A stretch of 64,000 bases of DNA from Tubiluchus corallicola (taxonomy: Eukaryota > Animalia > Priapulida): assembly GCA_030141605.1 (NCBI GenBank), contig JAQGDQ010001022.1, forward strand, positions 1-64,000. The letters are read 5' to 3'. This document shows positions 28,124-40,869 of the stretch, in pieces; the first letter of the stretch is position 1, and every line of letters begins with the position of its first letter. The notes below the pieces were generated by a model. The model saw nothing but the letters and a program-made list of their open reading frames with translations, did not search any database and was not told where the DNA came from. A program made the translations under genes and the position numbers.

Positions 28124-28720
28124 TAATAGTTCATTAAACTTAATTCGTTTAGTTTTGAATCAAATACTTTTACTGAGTTCGCATCTAGCATTTCTTGTGG
28201 CAAATAGTTCCAAATTTCTACAAATCTATTCAAAAAGGAAAAATTATTCAATTTACAATGTTTTTTATACAATTTATAGCTGTGGCCTCTAAGGCCTACC
28301 CGCGGTACAAAATCAAAAAATTCATCAAAATTTAAATCGACGAGGTTTTTACATATTTTATACAGCAATTTCAAGTAAAAATACCATCTGCTAATTTGTA
28401 GAGGTTGAAAATTCAGTGTTGTTAAGCTGGTGTGTGTAGCATGAAAAATAGAAGTTACGACTTGTAGACAGAAACAACTTGTAAAATATCTTTCAACTCG
28501 TTCAAAAACATCAATTAAAGCTTTTTCATGAGGATTCCATACAGGAGTATTATACTCAAGTAATGGCCGTACATACGACTGATATGCCGTGATCAAGCCT
28601 ATGATATCTTTATAGTTCAAAACATGGAAATAACATGCTTATAATTTCATATGCTTTTGCAGCCTCTTCCCTGTAGTATTTTACAAATTTCAAATTAGTC
28701 ACGACAGTCACCATTTTGTT
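28124..28720 (-). mobile_element. CR1-clade LINE fragment, inverted near-identical copy
   Basis: ORF 28093-28620 gives the same peptide as the plus-strand copy. Confidence 0.85.
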
Positions 28721-28744
28721 CTAATCTACTGTTGCATAGAAAAT

Positions 28745-28918
28745 TGTTGTGTTTTGTTTCTCTCGGAAGGCTCGTGGAGAAAAGCAGAAAACACTTCGTC
28801 AAATTAAACTAGTTTATTAAGCGAGAATTCTACAACACAAAAGTATGACTGAACGCGAAATGATTACACTAAACTTGAAAATCTGGAAAACGTTTGAGTG
28901 TATCTGAAAATACAAGTA
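28745..28918 (-). mobile_element. Truncated copy of the BEL/Pao-like LTR
   Basis: Matches 23908-24080, then breaks off into (TA)n. Confidence 0.8.
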
Positions 28919-29519
28919 TATATATATATATATATATACTTGTATATATATATATATATATATATATACTCTAATTACGATTCTATTTTTCTGTAGTTTT
29001 TTCTGTGACTGTATTTTTATGTTGAAGGAATAAATACGCGTTAGAAGCTCATGATATTAACCTTGTCTGGCTGGAGACCTGCCAGTAGTTCTCAGTTTAC
29101 AGACATCGTTGTATTAAGCAAGAACAAGAGAATCAAGCGAACGGAAAAATACACAATAGATTTTGTGTTGCCGAATGTTGAAAAAGTCAACAATATCTCA
29201 GACGATCTCTGTAAGCTTATATGAGCCGTGAAAAGCATTGCCACCCATTCACCATATGAGCTCATCTGTGGGTATTGTCTCGACCCCGCCCCTCTGCTCA
29301 TCTCCTGCCCAGCTTTCGTCTCTCGGGACCCATTGGAAACGTATAATTTAGCCTTACTGTCTAGACCAATGAGTGAGACAATGGTTCCTGAATGGACGGA
29401 AATGAGACGTGCGCAAAATGTGGTCGCCGCCGCGTCTTCCGTAATTCTGTTCATGAGAGAGTTCAAACCTGGGCAGTGTCAATTGTTTTCAAGATTTAAA
29501 TGGAACAAACATTTATAGG

Positions 29520-30005
29520 ACAAGAAAAGGGGTACCTGATGTAAGTTTCAGAAAAATCGTCTTAAAAATTATACTAGTTACAGCAATTTTATGCATATAT
29601 CGTACTCGCTTTGAAAAGATTTTTTGTTTGTTTTCGTTTTAAATCTTCCTCAATACTGTTCCGACCGCGCCATTACATATGACGTCATATACACACAATC
29701 AGGGGAAGAAAAGGAAATGTTAAACTATGTCCCAAAAAACTTTCCATACAAATCTATATTACTTAGCTTTTCGCTTACCTGCTGGAAAGACTTATGTAAC
29801 TAGAAAAGAAAATTATTAATTATTTAAAATGTTTTCACCAATTGGTAAAGTGTTGCTGGCTCACCTCCAAGGTGCACCACTCACTAACCAAAAAAACGTA
29901 TTTTTAATCTTATTGACAAGATACAGTAATTTTAAATTTTGCATAGTTAGTGACATGTGTGCTACGAATGTTCTGATTATTTTGTTTCATCTAAACTTGT
30001 TTCAC
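29520..30005 (+). mobile_element. Dispersed repeat family B
   Basis: Colinear with 15820-16310. Confidence 0.72.
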
Positions 30006-30119
30006 TAACCCTAACTCATATTTTATCAAGTACGCGATTTTTTTCTTATTTTTCTACCTGAGCCATTTTTTCCTGTGTCATTTCACGCTTAAAGTACTAA
30101 ATTTCTGATTGCATTTCAG

Positions 30120-30337
30120 ACCGGATATTCGTCATTCGATCATGTGATCCACTTCCGGAACCGGAATACTGTGAGGATCAGGTGTTTACTACATGGTACG
30201 GCAACATTCCATCCACAGTTTGCTCCTGCAGAAGCCACCTCTGCAACAAAGCGGCAAAAAACTCAACTAATCTGTTTTTGACAATCCTGAGTTTCGTCTG
30301 CTTGTGGTATCTTCTCAGTAGGACGCTGACATCCTGA
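30120..30337 (+). CDS. Ly6/three-finger gene A, exon 3 (CxC....CN plus GPI signal)
   Basis: catttcag| phase-1 acceptor; (D)RIFVIRSCDPLPEPEYCEDQVFTTWYGNIPSTVCSCRSHLCNKAAKNSTNLFLTILSFVCLWYLLSRTLTS-TGA. Terminal CN motif and hydrophobic tail; completes 10 Cys with exon 2. Confidence 0.88.
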
Positions 30338-30464
30338 TTCTGATCTTTACTGATCTTGTTAAAACATCACCAACTATCTCTCTATGGTGTGATGCAGCGT
30401 TAATGAGTTGTTCTCTGTAATTAAACATAATAATGATTACGTAAACTAATTTGGGAAGATGGCG

Positions 30465-30645
30465 AAGAGTTGTGTTCTTCCGGGGGCTGATGACGTAAGG
30501 TTGTGTTCTTCCGGTGTTCTGATGACGTAGAGTTGTGTTCTTATGGGGCTGATGACGTAGAGTTGCGTTCTTCCGGTGTTCTGATGACGTTGAGTTATGT
30601 TCTTCCGGGGGGGGGCTGATGACGTAGGGTTATGTTCTTCTGGGG
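30465..30645. repeat. 31/32-bp minisatellite, ~6 copies (CTGATGACGTAGAGTTGTGTTCTTCCGG..)
   Basis: Direct reading. Confidence 0.85.
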
Positions 30646-30689
30646 ACTGTTGTCTGTGAAAAATTTTTACGTTCTGTTCGCCAGCGCTC

Positions 30690-30953
30690 AACGTCAGTGG
30701 TTTTTCAGTATAGATGGTTGTGGTGGGACCGGGCTCTTGCTAATTGTAAAGAAATGAAGTCTGAGGCGAGACGCTCCTGGAACGAGAACCGTCAGAGATG
30801 GATCAGTCAGATTCGTATGCATATCCATACCCTTAAGGAGATACGTGCCCAAAAGTAATTTTCAACAGCGGTCGCCCATCCACTAGGACTCAGCAACTAG
30901 TCCTGATGTTGCTTAACTTGTACAGTGAAGCTCACGCCGTGACTGCTAACCTG
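30690..30953 (-). mobile_element. Degenerate SINE-like element with 5S-derived box A/box C
   Basis: Minus strand reads AAGTTAAGCAAC...TGGATGGGCGACCGC (30919 to 30866), matching the 5S internal promoter seen at 59000-59046; boundaries approximate. Confidence 0.55.
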
Positions 30954-31895
30954 TTTTCGTCAAATACGGAAATGTATTTCTATGAATTTTGGATTACTGT
31001 TCTTAGTCATGAGTGGAGAGTAAGCTTAAATATTCTGTGCTTATAAAATCGCCTATTTTTGTTAGTGATAAATGTGTGTATGTAAGTTTGAGTCGACAAA
31101 AAAGTGTGTTTAGCCATTGCTTCTAGCCTGCACACAGCAGCAAGACCATGGCTCTGTCAAGGACTTGTTAACACGCGTCTATAGCAACGATTTAGGGCTT
31201 TGCGGCAATTTAACTGGACGTCACGTGGGGACTTATCTAGACCCAGATGTATGAACAGGAAGCCGGCGTAAATTCAGTGGCTTCAGTTGGATAGTTTTCA
31301 ACTTTAAAGCTCTAGGTTAACTGATAACTGGTATCAACAAGAGTGGAGCTAAACTTGCGCCAAAATGAGAGCCGTCGTGACGTCACTAAGAGAGACAAAC
31401 CTGCCTCTGTCAAATAACAGCCTTCATAGGCAGGAGCAACGTCAAATGTGTCTCAAGGTAGAAACCTCCAACAGCGTTCTTGTAAATTACGTGACAAACT
31501 GTAAATCATCGTCTGGTCGGTGTGGTGTGGCGGGACAGAACACTAGTACAGGACAACTATATATAGTATCTTTCGTCGTCAAAAAAGTAACAGTAAAAAT
31601 TAAATCGATTACTTCACTAGCAGAACAATTTTGAAAATCATTTGAAGCTTAATATCGGTACAGTTAAGCTTAATGTCGGTACAGTTAGGCTATCAAGTAT
31701 GTTATAAACGCTAATAAATGTTATAAAGTGTTAATTTGTAAAAAGTTGCAACTTCCCAGGAGTGTGTAAAGCTCAAATTTCTTCTTAGGATCGTGCCACT
31801 GTGGTTTTGTCAGATTTGCCAAACAATTTTCACTTTTTTTTCAAATTAACTCGCAATTAACGACATCATTAATTAATTAGATTACGCCTGAATAC

Positions 31896-32285
31896 TAGGG
31901 GTGAGCATTCTCTACCAGAAAGCGAATTCGAATCGAACCGAATTTGACTTTCGAATTCGAATCGAACCGAACTTCAGTGTTTCGAATTCGAACCGAATTC
32001 GAATTGAGATTGAAAGATTTTCGAACTAGTTTTCGAACCACCAGCAAAAATTAGTCTTACAAAGATCATGCATGTCACTAGATTTTGTTCTGCAATAAAA
32101 CGACTAGTAATTGCTTTAAAATTGTGTACAGAAATCACAGCTAAATTGTTCAAATTGCATGATGTTTCAATCGTTTTAGTGATAAAGAACATATGTGTGA
32201 TTGAAGTGCTGAATTATTCGAATCTATAGTTTTGGATTCGAATCGAGTTCGAACTAAAAAAACTCGTTCGAATCGAAACTCACTG
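31896..32285. mobile_element. Probable MITE with TTCGAA-rich subterminal repeats
   Basis: TAGGGGTGAGC start and clusters of GAATTCGAATCGAACC at both ends. Confidence 0.5.
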
Positions 32286-33423
32286 AGATTTAATTCGCAA
32301 CAATTATTACCCATTGTGGGTAAAAGCTTATTTTATATATATAATAGTTCATTGTAATAAACATACGCAAAATGTACAGTAGTAAAATTAGAATACATAT
32401 ATAAATAATTGTATATGTTCAGTCTCAGGACATATGTGTGTCAGAATGTTAGTAAATTGTACATGATTAAAACATTGATGAAGCGATTTTAGTAAATAAA
32501 AGGCACTTAAAGTTGACAATGTGGAAATTTTTGCACAGAAGTAAAAATAATTTTAAATTTAAACTTATGTATTATACTCAAATTTATAAAGAAGGTTATA
32601 TATTCACATTTATATTAACATATGTACAATATTACGTAATTAAAGATTATAACATTAATGAGTTGAACCGAGCCAGGAAACAAATTTTCAGCATTTCCTT
32701 TCAATTTTCAACTCACAATGGATAAAAACTGTTGTGAAATAAACCTCAATATTCTGTCATTAACAGTCATAATCCAATTAATAACTTTCACTATTTATTT
32801 TAAAAAATGTCAGTTACACGCCATTTGCAATTCAGTCAAACTTCAGCTTAGATTATATTTTCAACTGTTTTTGAAAAATACGAAGTTTGGAGGAATAGCA
32901 GAAAATTTGCTGTTTTTTCTTAAATTTTCATCTGCAAATAGTAATTCCTCAATTCGTCATATGATTAGTCAAGTAGCACGGGGCTCCTGGTATAAAGACC
33001 ATGATGTAAAATTGATAAACTTTGTCGTAATTTAAACTTATAAGGTTTTATAGCCAAAGATTCTTTATTATGGACAGATTACTAATTTAATAAGAAATAG
33101 CTCTTTTCCACGATTCATTCATGAAAATACTAAATCATGTTCCCCGAACATTCTAACCGCGTGTTTGATAGCTCAAGAACTTAAACTAAGTTCATGCTGC
33201 CATCTAGCGGGAACTACCAACATTAAACTACTTATGATGTTTGCGCCACCTGGTAGAGTGTCACTGACTGACCTTTCCAGTATGCACCACTGGCTCACCA
33301 AAAACGTGTTTTAATCTTATTGACAAAATAATGTAATAAAATAAAGTGTGTATTACAAATATTACAAATATTACCATCTAGCGGAAACTACATTAGATTT
33401 TACTGTATCAATTTCGCAGCAAC

Positions 33424-34464
33424 CTTAGGCGTACGAGGCGAGAGATACGGTGGGGGGGGGGGCAGACGGCTGCCTTCCCAGGGCAAACGAATTATACGTT
33501 TTCAGGGCAAAGATGATTATTTTCATGGCAAATGATACTTTTTTAAAATTCCAAAGTATAAGATTTCAGTATTGAAAAATTGCATTACGCCTTTTCTTCA
33601 CTGGCTGCAATTAAAGTGTTTCTTGTACGACGAATTGTTTTAATAATTGTCAAGTTATAATAGTGCCTGTTATCAATTTTAGTTCATTAAACCTCATAAG
33701 TCTTTTTTACACTTGTTGAGTAAGTTTTTCTCAATGTACTGGCAAAGTTATTGACATGTTTACAAAAGAATAACAATAAACTGCCAGCATTCTTTCTTTT
33801 GAATTTGTCAAACGTTAGAAAAAGCATCGTGAAAGTATTCATACGTTTGTTCAGTGAAAATGCAAACCTTTAGCTTGTGTGTTTGTTAAACTCGTAATTT
33901 TTTAGTAAAGGTTACCATAATTTGGACTTCTTGCCTTTATATATTGTGATGCCGTCTATGATAGCGAGGATACATAATTAACTAGAGAAAATTATAAAAA
34001 AAGAAAAGAAAGAAAAACAGTAAAATGGAACACTTAGCAACAGTTTATAGCTGACACTTACGCGTTGAGTCGAAATGCAAACCAAAGGGTTAAACAAAAA
34101 ATGACTGAATCACGACTGACTTAATAACAGCAACCAAGAAGAGAAAAACAAAATGAAACCGAAGCCGAACATGGTCGAGAACGCACTGCCCTCGAATCTA
34201 CGAGAACAGGTTGCACGCTCGAGAAAATTGGCCTAGAAAACTGAGCTCTGATTGGCCCACGCAATTTTACATTCAATACACTACATTTTCACGAAGCCCT
34301 TGACGGTTTGACTCAGTGGCCCGCTACAATATTATTACTATTGCAATTATTATAGGGTGTCAAGAGAAGATTGCTCCCCTCTCTCAAATTAGGGCAACTA
34401 AGAAAATTTTTAGGGTAAATCCTTTCTGCCCCCCCCCCCCCCGTGAAACTTCCGTGCTCCTATG
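33424..34464. mobile_element. hAT (Tip100-like) non-autonomous element
   Basis: CTTAGGCGTACG...poly-G / poly-C...CGTGCTCCTATG imperfect TIRs; flanks GCAGCAAC and GCAACAAC (8-bp TSD, 1 mismatch). Confidence 0.65.
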
Positions 34465-35236
34465 GCAACAACGCAACAAAACTAACAGTTATTACCTTAG
34501 ATTTATCTAACTGTTAAACATGAGGAAATTTTGTTTTGCGCATGGTTGTGCCATCTTTTGGTGAGTGCGTAAATCAATCTCCAGCAAGAAGGATTATTCA
34601 TTGCTGCACGGTGGCGTCACCTGTGGTGAATTTCCAAGATCAAAGCCGGCTAAGTTCGGAGATAAAATGGATAATAGATGCAATACCCTGCAACACAAAT
34701 CATTTAAGTGGGTAGCTATTCATTTTTCTTCAAAAATTGCATCTTATGATGATGTATTTTACTGTTATGTCAACAGCTGAATTATTGAATACTTTTTGTT
34801 TATTTTAATGTATTAATTTTGTACTTGTGTTGATGTTTTATTTAGTTTAGTTTATTTTTTTAGTTTAGTTTATTATTATTATCACATTCGGTACACTATA
34901 AAGACATTAAGCACACAGTGACATCAAAATTATTACATCATACTGTATTAAATTGTTATGTTTCATACACTATCATTATCATAAAAGAATAATTGTACTG
35001 CAGTGGGCTAGAGAAGCAAAGGCTTGTATAAGCCCACTGATATGTGAACCCGATAAAAAAAGAATGGATGAGTGAACAAAAAAAGATGTGAAACAAACAA
35101 TGTTGAATGTTGGAAAATCTAGAATGTCTGCTGTTTAAATGATGATTTGCTACTTACGTAGGATGGGCTAAATATTATTGAATTTTTTTGAATATTAACT
35201 GACCAAGTCTACAAAAATGACGATAGCCTTCTTCTT

Positions 35237-35267
<31 letters not shown>

Positions 35268-36204
35268 TTATTATTATTATTATTATTGTTTACTTATTGT
35301 TTAGCTGTATGCCAAGTTTGAGGTCAAAGTCTACACGTGGTCAAGGATACCCACACGTGGTCAAAGTTGTTCTATTGGACATTAATTTTAGCGCACCAAA
35401 TGAAAATAGTGGAGCAGCCATTCGAATGACTGTAACGTGCAAACTTTTGTGGGCAGGACCTACATAAATGTAGCTGTGGCAGCACAGAAACTTTCATTAT
35501 GAAAGATTGTCCTTCGAAACGGGAGTCATGATACGCCTGAACCGGTAAAAGCGTCTTGTACAGAGTGTTCAATTGCATAACGTAAATACAGGGTGGTACA
35601 TAACATTTGTGGTAAAAATTTAATTGTTAATTTTATTGTGTATTTTCCCTGTGTTACTGTCAATAAAGACAGGCAGGCAATCAGTCAGTCAGACAGACAG
35701 ACTGACAGACAGACGGACGGACGGACTGACAGACAAACTGACTGACTGATTGATTGATTGACTGTTCCAATCATAAATTCAAGATTGCAAGCTCTGTGAG
35801 ACGTATAAGGCTTCCACGCCAAATTCTGAATGCATGATAGATTCACTCCTCTTTGGGCAATATTTTGGTGTAATATGATCTGTGCTTTTACTCGTCGTTG
35901 TTATCCCCCCCCCCCTTGTAAAAGTTTATGGTACCACTCTTGCCCTCAATGATCTTGCACAAAATAGAGATACCTTTCTACCGAAGTACAGAGGATTTGA
36001 ATTGAGTTAATCTTTAATAAGTGAGTCATTAGACTCGATTGAACAACCTTCAACTTGTCCAATAATTTGACGCACATTGCACATAATGTTTATTAAATAA
36101 AAATTTTACACAGAAGTATATTACTCATGGAACTGTTATAGTATTTTACACATAATGAAGTTAGACTAATATTTTTGCGAAGTCAACAGATAAGCCTACT
36201 CATA

Positions 36205-36600
36205 TTAAAGGGAAAGACAAGGGAATTTTAAAGATGTCCTAAAAATCGTTCCACACAAAGTTTGGTTACTTAACATTATGCTTACCTGTTTGAAAAACCT
36301 ACGCAATTAGAAAAGAAAATTCTAGTCATTTAAAATGTTTGCGCCACCTGGTAGAGTGTCACTGACTGACCTTTCCAGTATGCACCACTGGCTCACCAAA
36401 AACGTGTTTTAATCTTATTGACAAAATAATGTAATAAAATAAAGTGTGTGTTACAAATGCTGATTATTTTTTCAAACTTTAGGCAGTGTAATCAATACTT
36501 GTTTCATTTCACGCGACTTAACGTTAAAACGGCTGCGTCTAATGGTCATCGCGGGAGTTGCTGCCGACGCAAGCCCTGTATGCAGTAAAGGAGTTGTAAG
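36205..36600 (+). mobile_element. Dispersed repeat family B (starts TTAAAGGG)
   Basis: Similar to 15990-16420; ~120 bp essentially identical to 33236-33360. Confidence 0.68.
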
Positions 36601-37284
36601 CAAAGCGTTTTCTTGTGCTTTAACACATATCGTACTAACAAGTTACTGAACCACATATGCATGTATATGTATATATTTCCATGGACCATAAAATAAATAA
36701 TATAATAATAATATTTATTATTTACATTCACTAAATATAAGTGTACTATAAAAATACAAGCGAGCTTATTTGAAAGATCGTCTACATACATACAACTGGT
36801 AGGTATTTTTAACATTTTTTGCAGTCTACTGAGTATCTAAAAAAACAATAATAAGTTTGCGTTTTTCCGTGTTTATAATGATGCAGGTAAATAAATGAAT
36901 AAATTATCAACAAGTATGAAAAGTTTATACAGTTCTAGCTTTCCAGCATTGAGTCTATAAACTGTAAACCTTTGTAGAGTTGATTACATTTCATACGGTA
37001 ACCATTAGTTTTCTAACGAAATTTTTGTTCGATGGATGATTTTTTTCGATAAAATTTCTTTAAAACTAAATCAAAATTTGAATTAGTTTTAATTTGTTTA
37101 CTCATAGCAAATTACTACAAAAATCACTAATACTCACTGAGAATGTTCATGTAACAAGAGATTATGGAATTCAACAGGAGAACTGTGGATAGTAAATGTT
37201 AATGCATTTTTAGTGCGTGTAACAAGAAGGCACTCCACAGGACCTATAAAGTTTATGTTAGGCCCAAGTATTAATCATATAGAT

Positions 37285-37784
37285 CAGGGGTGTGCAAATT
37301 ATCTGACTAGCCGGGCCACATTAAACTTTCCCGCAATTCCTGCGGGCCACAGGCAGTTTGATCAAGGAGCCAAGTACAGAAAGGCCTAATAACGATTTTT
37401 TGCATCCGACCTGCGTACATCATTACTATTACACTCAGGAACCTATCTTAGAAGTTATTAAAATTTATATTACAAACCATATATTTATACTTTCACTACA
37501 GATAGTGGTAATTTCATTACAATGTATATTAGTAATGTGTATCACACAGTCTGTATAGTACAGTGTTATTAAGCTACAACCGTCTTGTAAGGGTTAATGG
37601 CATCCGATCTAGTAGAAAAAACTACCCGCACTATCTTTGGGTTCGTGGCACGGACTTCAGCTGGATACACTCAATTAATCGCCCGGGCTGCACTTTCATT
37701 AGGTTGACAAATCTCTTCGCAGGCCCTCACAAATTCACTCGGTGGGCCGCAAGTGGCCCGCGGGCCGCAATTTGCACACCCCTG
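37285..37784. mobile_element. hAT (Charlie-like) MITE, 500 bp, 8-bp TSD ATATAGAT
   Basis: Perfect 15-bp TIR CAGGGGTGTGCAAAT; GGCCCGCGGGCC subterminal motif; ATATAGAT at 37277-37284 and 37785-37792. Confidence 0.92.
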
Positions 37785-37999
37785 ATATAGATAGTTCGCC
37801 TGCATTGAATCCGAGTCAATGCAGTGACTTCGACATAATTGAGAGCTATCTTCACTTGTATATGATCAGGTAGTCCAAGCATATGCCCAATCCATCTTAA
37901 ACGGCATCTTTTTATTTTTCTTGTCCAAGATTCGTCTTTTGTTTTTTATTTGCAGTGACATCGACATAATTAAAAATGTTCAGCTGTGTTTCAGCCTCA

Positions 38000-38500
38000 G
38001 ACTTTTTTACAGATGCAGAATGAATCATGCCCGCTATGACGACTAAATATTTTAGGACTAAAGGTGCCGCCTTGAAGCAGTTTTTGTCATGCGCTATAAA
38101 ATTGTTCATAAAGAGCTATGTCTAGATTTTGACAAATTTTTTACTAATTCAGTTGTCAACAAACTAAAAGTGACCATTCGCTTAAACTCTTTGTTAGACG
38201 TACTAAGAAAAAAGCTTTTGGTGACATTTTCTGGAATAGGGTTGTCCCTGTCTGGAATAGCTTACCAGTACAAATAAACGGATTTCCACTTGTAACAGCG
38301 CAGACCACAAAACTTTTTAAAACTAGATCAAATGATGTGGACTTAAATAGAATTTTGCTTTTTGATAGGAGCTTATAAATAGGTAATTTAGCCTCTGAGC
38401 GTCTCCCCAACATCACTGATTTCATGATTTTTATGTAAACATTTGTTTTTAACTATTGTTTGTGTGTGATGTGATAATAAATAATAGTAATAATAACAAC
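38000..38500 (+). mobile_element. Old CR1/L2-type LINE 3' fragment
   Basis: YKIVHKELCLDFDKFF and, after a frameshift, FWNRVVPVWNSLP; AAT-rich tail. Confidence 0.65.
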
Positions 38501-39455
38501 ATATAGTAATAAGCTCTAATTAAATTATTATGCAGCAGATAAAATGTACATTATATAATATATAGCAACGATAATTAACAACATTATTTTTTCACAATAT
38601 ATTTACAGCCAATTTCGAAATTTCTACTATTCATAACTTTTATGCAGGTGGCCTAAGCGTGATTTTGGTGTAAACCTTACAAACGTATGAACGTAATTCT
38701 GAATGAGAACATCTGAAAAACATTTGTACTTACTGAGACTCGAACCTACACATTTTGATTTTCGGACAAACTCTTTTGAACTGGAGTACGAGACTGTATG
38801 CAAAGAAGAGATAAAATAATAAAATGTATTGTGATTTAGTGAATTATGTATTATGTTGTGGCATTTAATCACCTGTGCGTCACGTAATTAATCTAAATCA
38901 TTACAGCTAAATTTCTGTATTTATCCATTTCATACCCGTTGTATCCCGTGGGATACGAGAATATTTTCTGTCTTTGAAATTAATAAAATTTTAAAAATGA
39001 CAGTTATTTGCTCTGTTAATAGATATTTTGCTTTAAACCAATAACAATAGACTAAAATGGTGATAAAAATCTACGTAGCATGAAAAACTGTGCAAGGTAC
39101 AGTACTCTAGAGACGACTTTGTACAGATCAGCATAGCGTGCATACTAAATGTCTTAAATACTTTAAAAAATTATCAGCAGTTGCAAAATGAAGCACATAT
39201 TATGCTTCCATTGAATCCCAATGTATCCCGTTGGGATACAGGCTATATTTAGCACGAGGGCACAGGTAGAAAAAAATAATTATTATGTGTAAACAAGATG
39301 GACATACTGAACAAAAGTACCAAACCAAAAATTTTTTTCTTATTAAAAAATAATTTGGGACAATATCTACTTGTTCCACGCCAGTAATTTCCTAGGCCTT
39401 CGTCAAATGTACAATTAGGCAGTACAGTGTACATGCTCTTAAAGCAATAATAGGA

Positions 39456-39670
39456 TTATAGCCATATAGACCAGACAGTAGATAATAAACTTAAAATCAA
39501 TAATAACACACGTCCTCTATTCGTGGAGGAATCGTTGCAGTTGTGATGATTACAGAAGCATTTTTCCACAGCTACAGTCCCTTTGCCGTCAACATTAATG
39601 CTTCCTCTGTTGTCACAGTCGCCATCTACCGCCGGAAGAGGTGCACACGTTCTGATGACGTAGTAGTGAC
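39456..39670 (-). CDS. Ly6/three-finger gene B, last exon (CxC....CN plus GPI signal)
   Basis: ttcattacag| phase-1 acceptor; (G)HYYVIRTCAPLPAVDGDCDNRGSINVDGKGTVAVEKCFCNHHNCNDSSTNRGRVLLLILSLLSTVWSIWL-TAA; paralogous to 30120-30337 (VIR[ST]CxPLP). Confidence 0.88.
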
Positions 39671-40200
39671 CTGTAATGAAATCAAATTTATGTGCACATG
39701 GTGTAACTCCACGATTGTAACTAAAGTAACTCCTGTAACCAAGCACGGATTCTGACCATTTGGGGTCCCTAGGTTAATGAAATCATGGGCACCGTCAGAT
39801 GGAGCCACCCTCACCCATCTTGAATATTTTTTACTCCTGATACATTTTAGCGACAGTTACATAAGTTGAAGTAAAATGATTACAAATTTTTTTAATGAAC
39901 TAGAATAACTATATTTTGTTGCCAATAAACGTATTTTTTAAGAAATATCACTATTTTACTATTGCAGACGAAATTACCACAAATTTCATCACAATCGTAA
40001 TGAAAAAAACAGATTTTTTTTACCAAATGTTACCAAAGCTTGCAGCGTGTACTAGCCTATAGCAGATCTATAGTCCTGACTGTAACAAACTCTTTCTTAG
40101 CTGTTTCTAAACTTTCTTATTAAAGTATCTTTTGCGCAACAATTTCTTCTGATGAACAAGTGTTCATCTGCGCCTGCGCGGAGCCATTTGTTTCACACAC

Positions 40201-40335
40201 ATAGACATAGACATAGACATAGACATAGAACATTTATTTTCTCCAATTAGCAAAAGTTTTTTAAATATTAAGTAATTATAATCATAGAGCAGGGCAGGGA
40301 AGGACCATAGGGTCATCTAGTCTCCTGCCCTTTCT
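40201..40335 (-). mobile_element. Retroposon 3' end with (ATGTCT)n tail
   Basis: Minus strand: stem-loop, AATAAA, then TCTATG repeats, typical of L2/CR1-group tails. Confidence 0.5.
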
Positions 40336-40869
40336 TATAAATAGATTAGTATATTAAAAATTAACGGTGATGCTGCAGATAACAAAAACAAAAACAAATA
40401 AGAAAAAAATAATGAAAACAGTATAAATGATAAAAATTATCCAAAAAGAACTGAAAACAAAAAATAATAAAGTAAACAAAACAATACAATTATTTAGTAA
40501 TTAGGATTATTATATGTAGTACTTTCAAATGGGGTCTTATTAACAGGGGAATTTGACCAAGGTTAGTGAAGACAATTTTTGATGAGATTTCATACGATTA
40601 AAGCAGACGCCTCATTATTCATTTAATTATAATTTATATTAATTAAGCCGAAATTATCGTACGAAATAGTAACATAATCGAAAATTGAAAGATTACTATA
40701 GGCTTATTCTGCAACGTACAGGCCGCTCTCTCTCTCTGTGCATCATTCTTTATTTGTCATACCGTAATCAACAACATTGCATAACACGAACAACACTTTA
40801 ATCTCCATTTGATTTTTTATTTAAACTGATTTACAATTTGACATCATCTTAGGTGTTACCGTTATGCAA

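Noticed and set aside
29092-29518. Overlapping 124-aa and 96-aa ORFs in a GC-richer patch
   Set aside because: No recognisable domain or splice structure; more likely an unclassified repeat.
30465-30645. Tandem CTGATGA as hammerhead ribozyme cores
   Set aside because: No stem II followed by GAAA; the same holds for CTGATGA in the 97-bp array.
39671-39746. ORF-track N-terminus (MLGYRSY...) of the 39456-39746 ORF
   Set aside because: Intronic read-through upstream of the acceptor at 39671; lacks a signal peptide and the first five cysteines.
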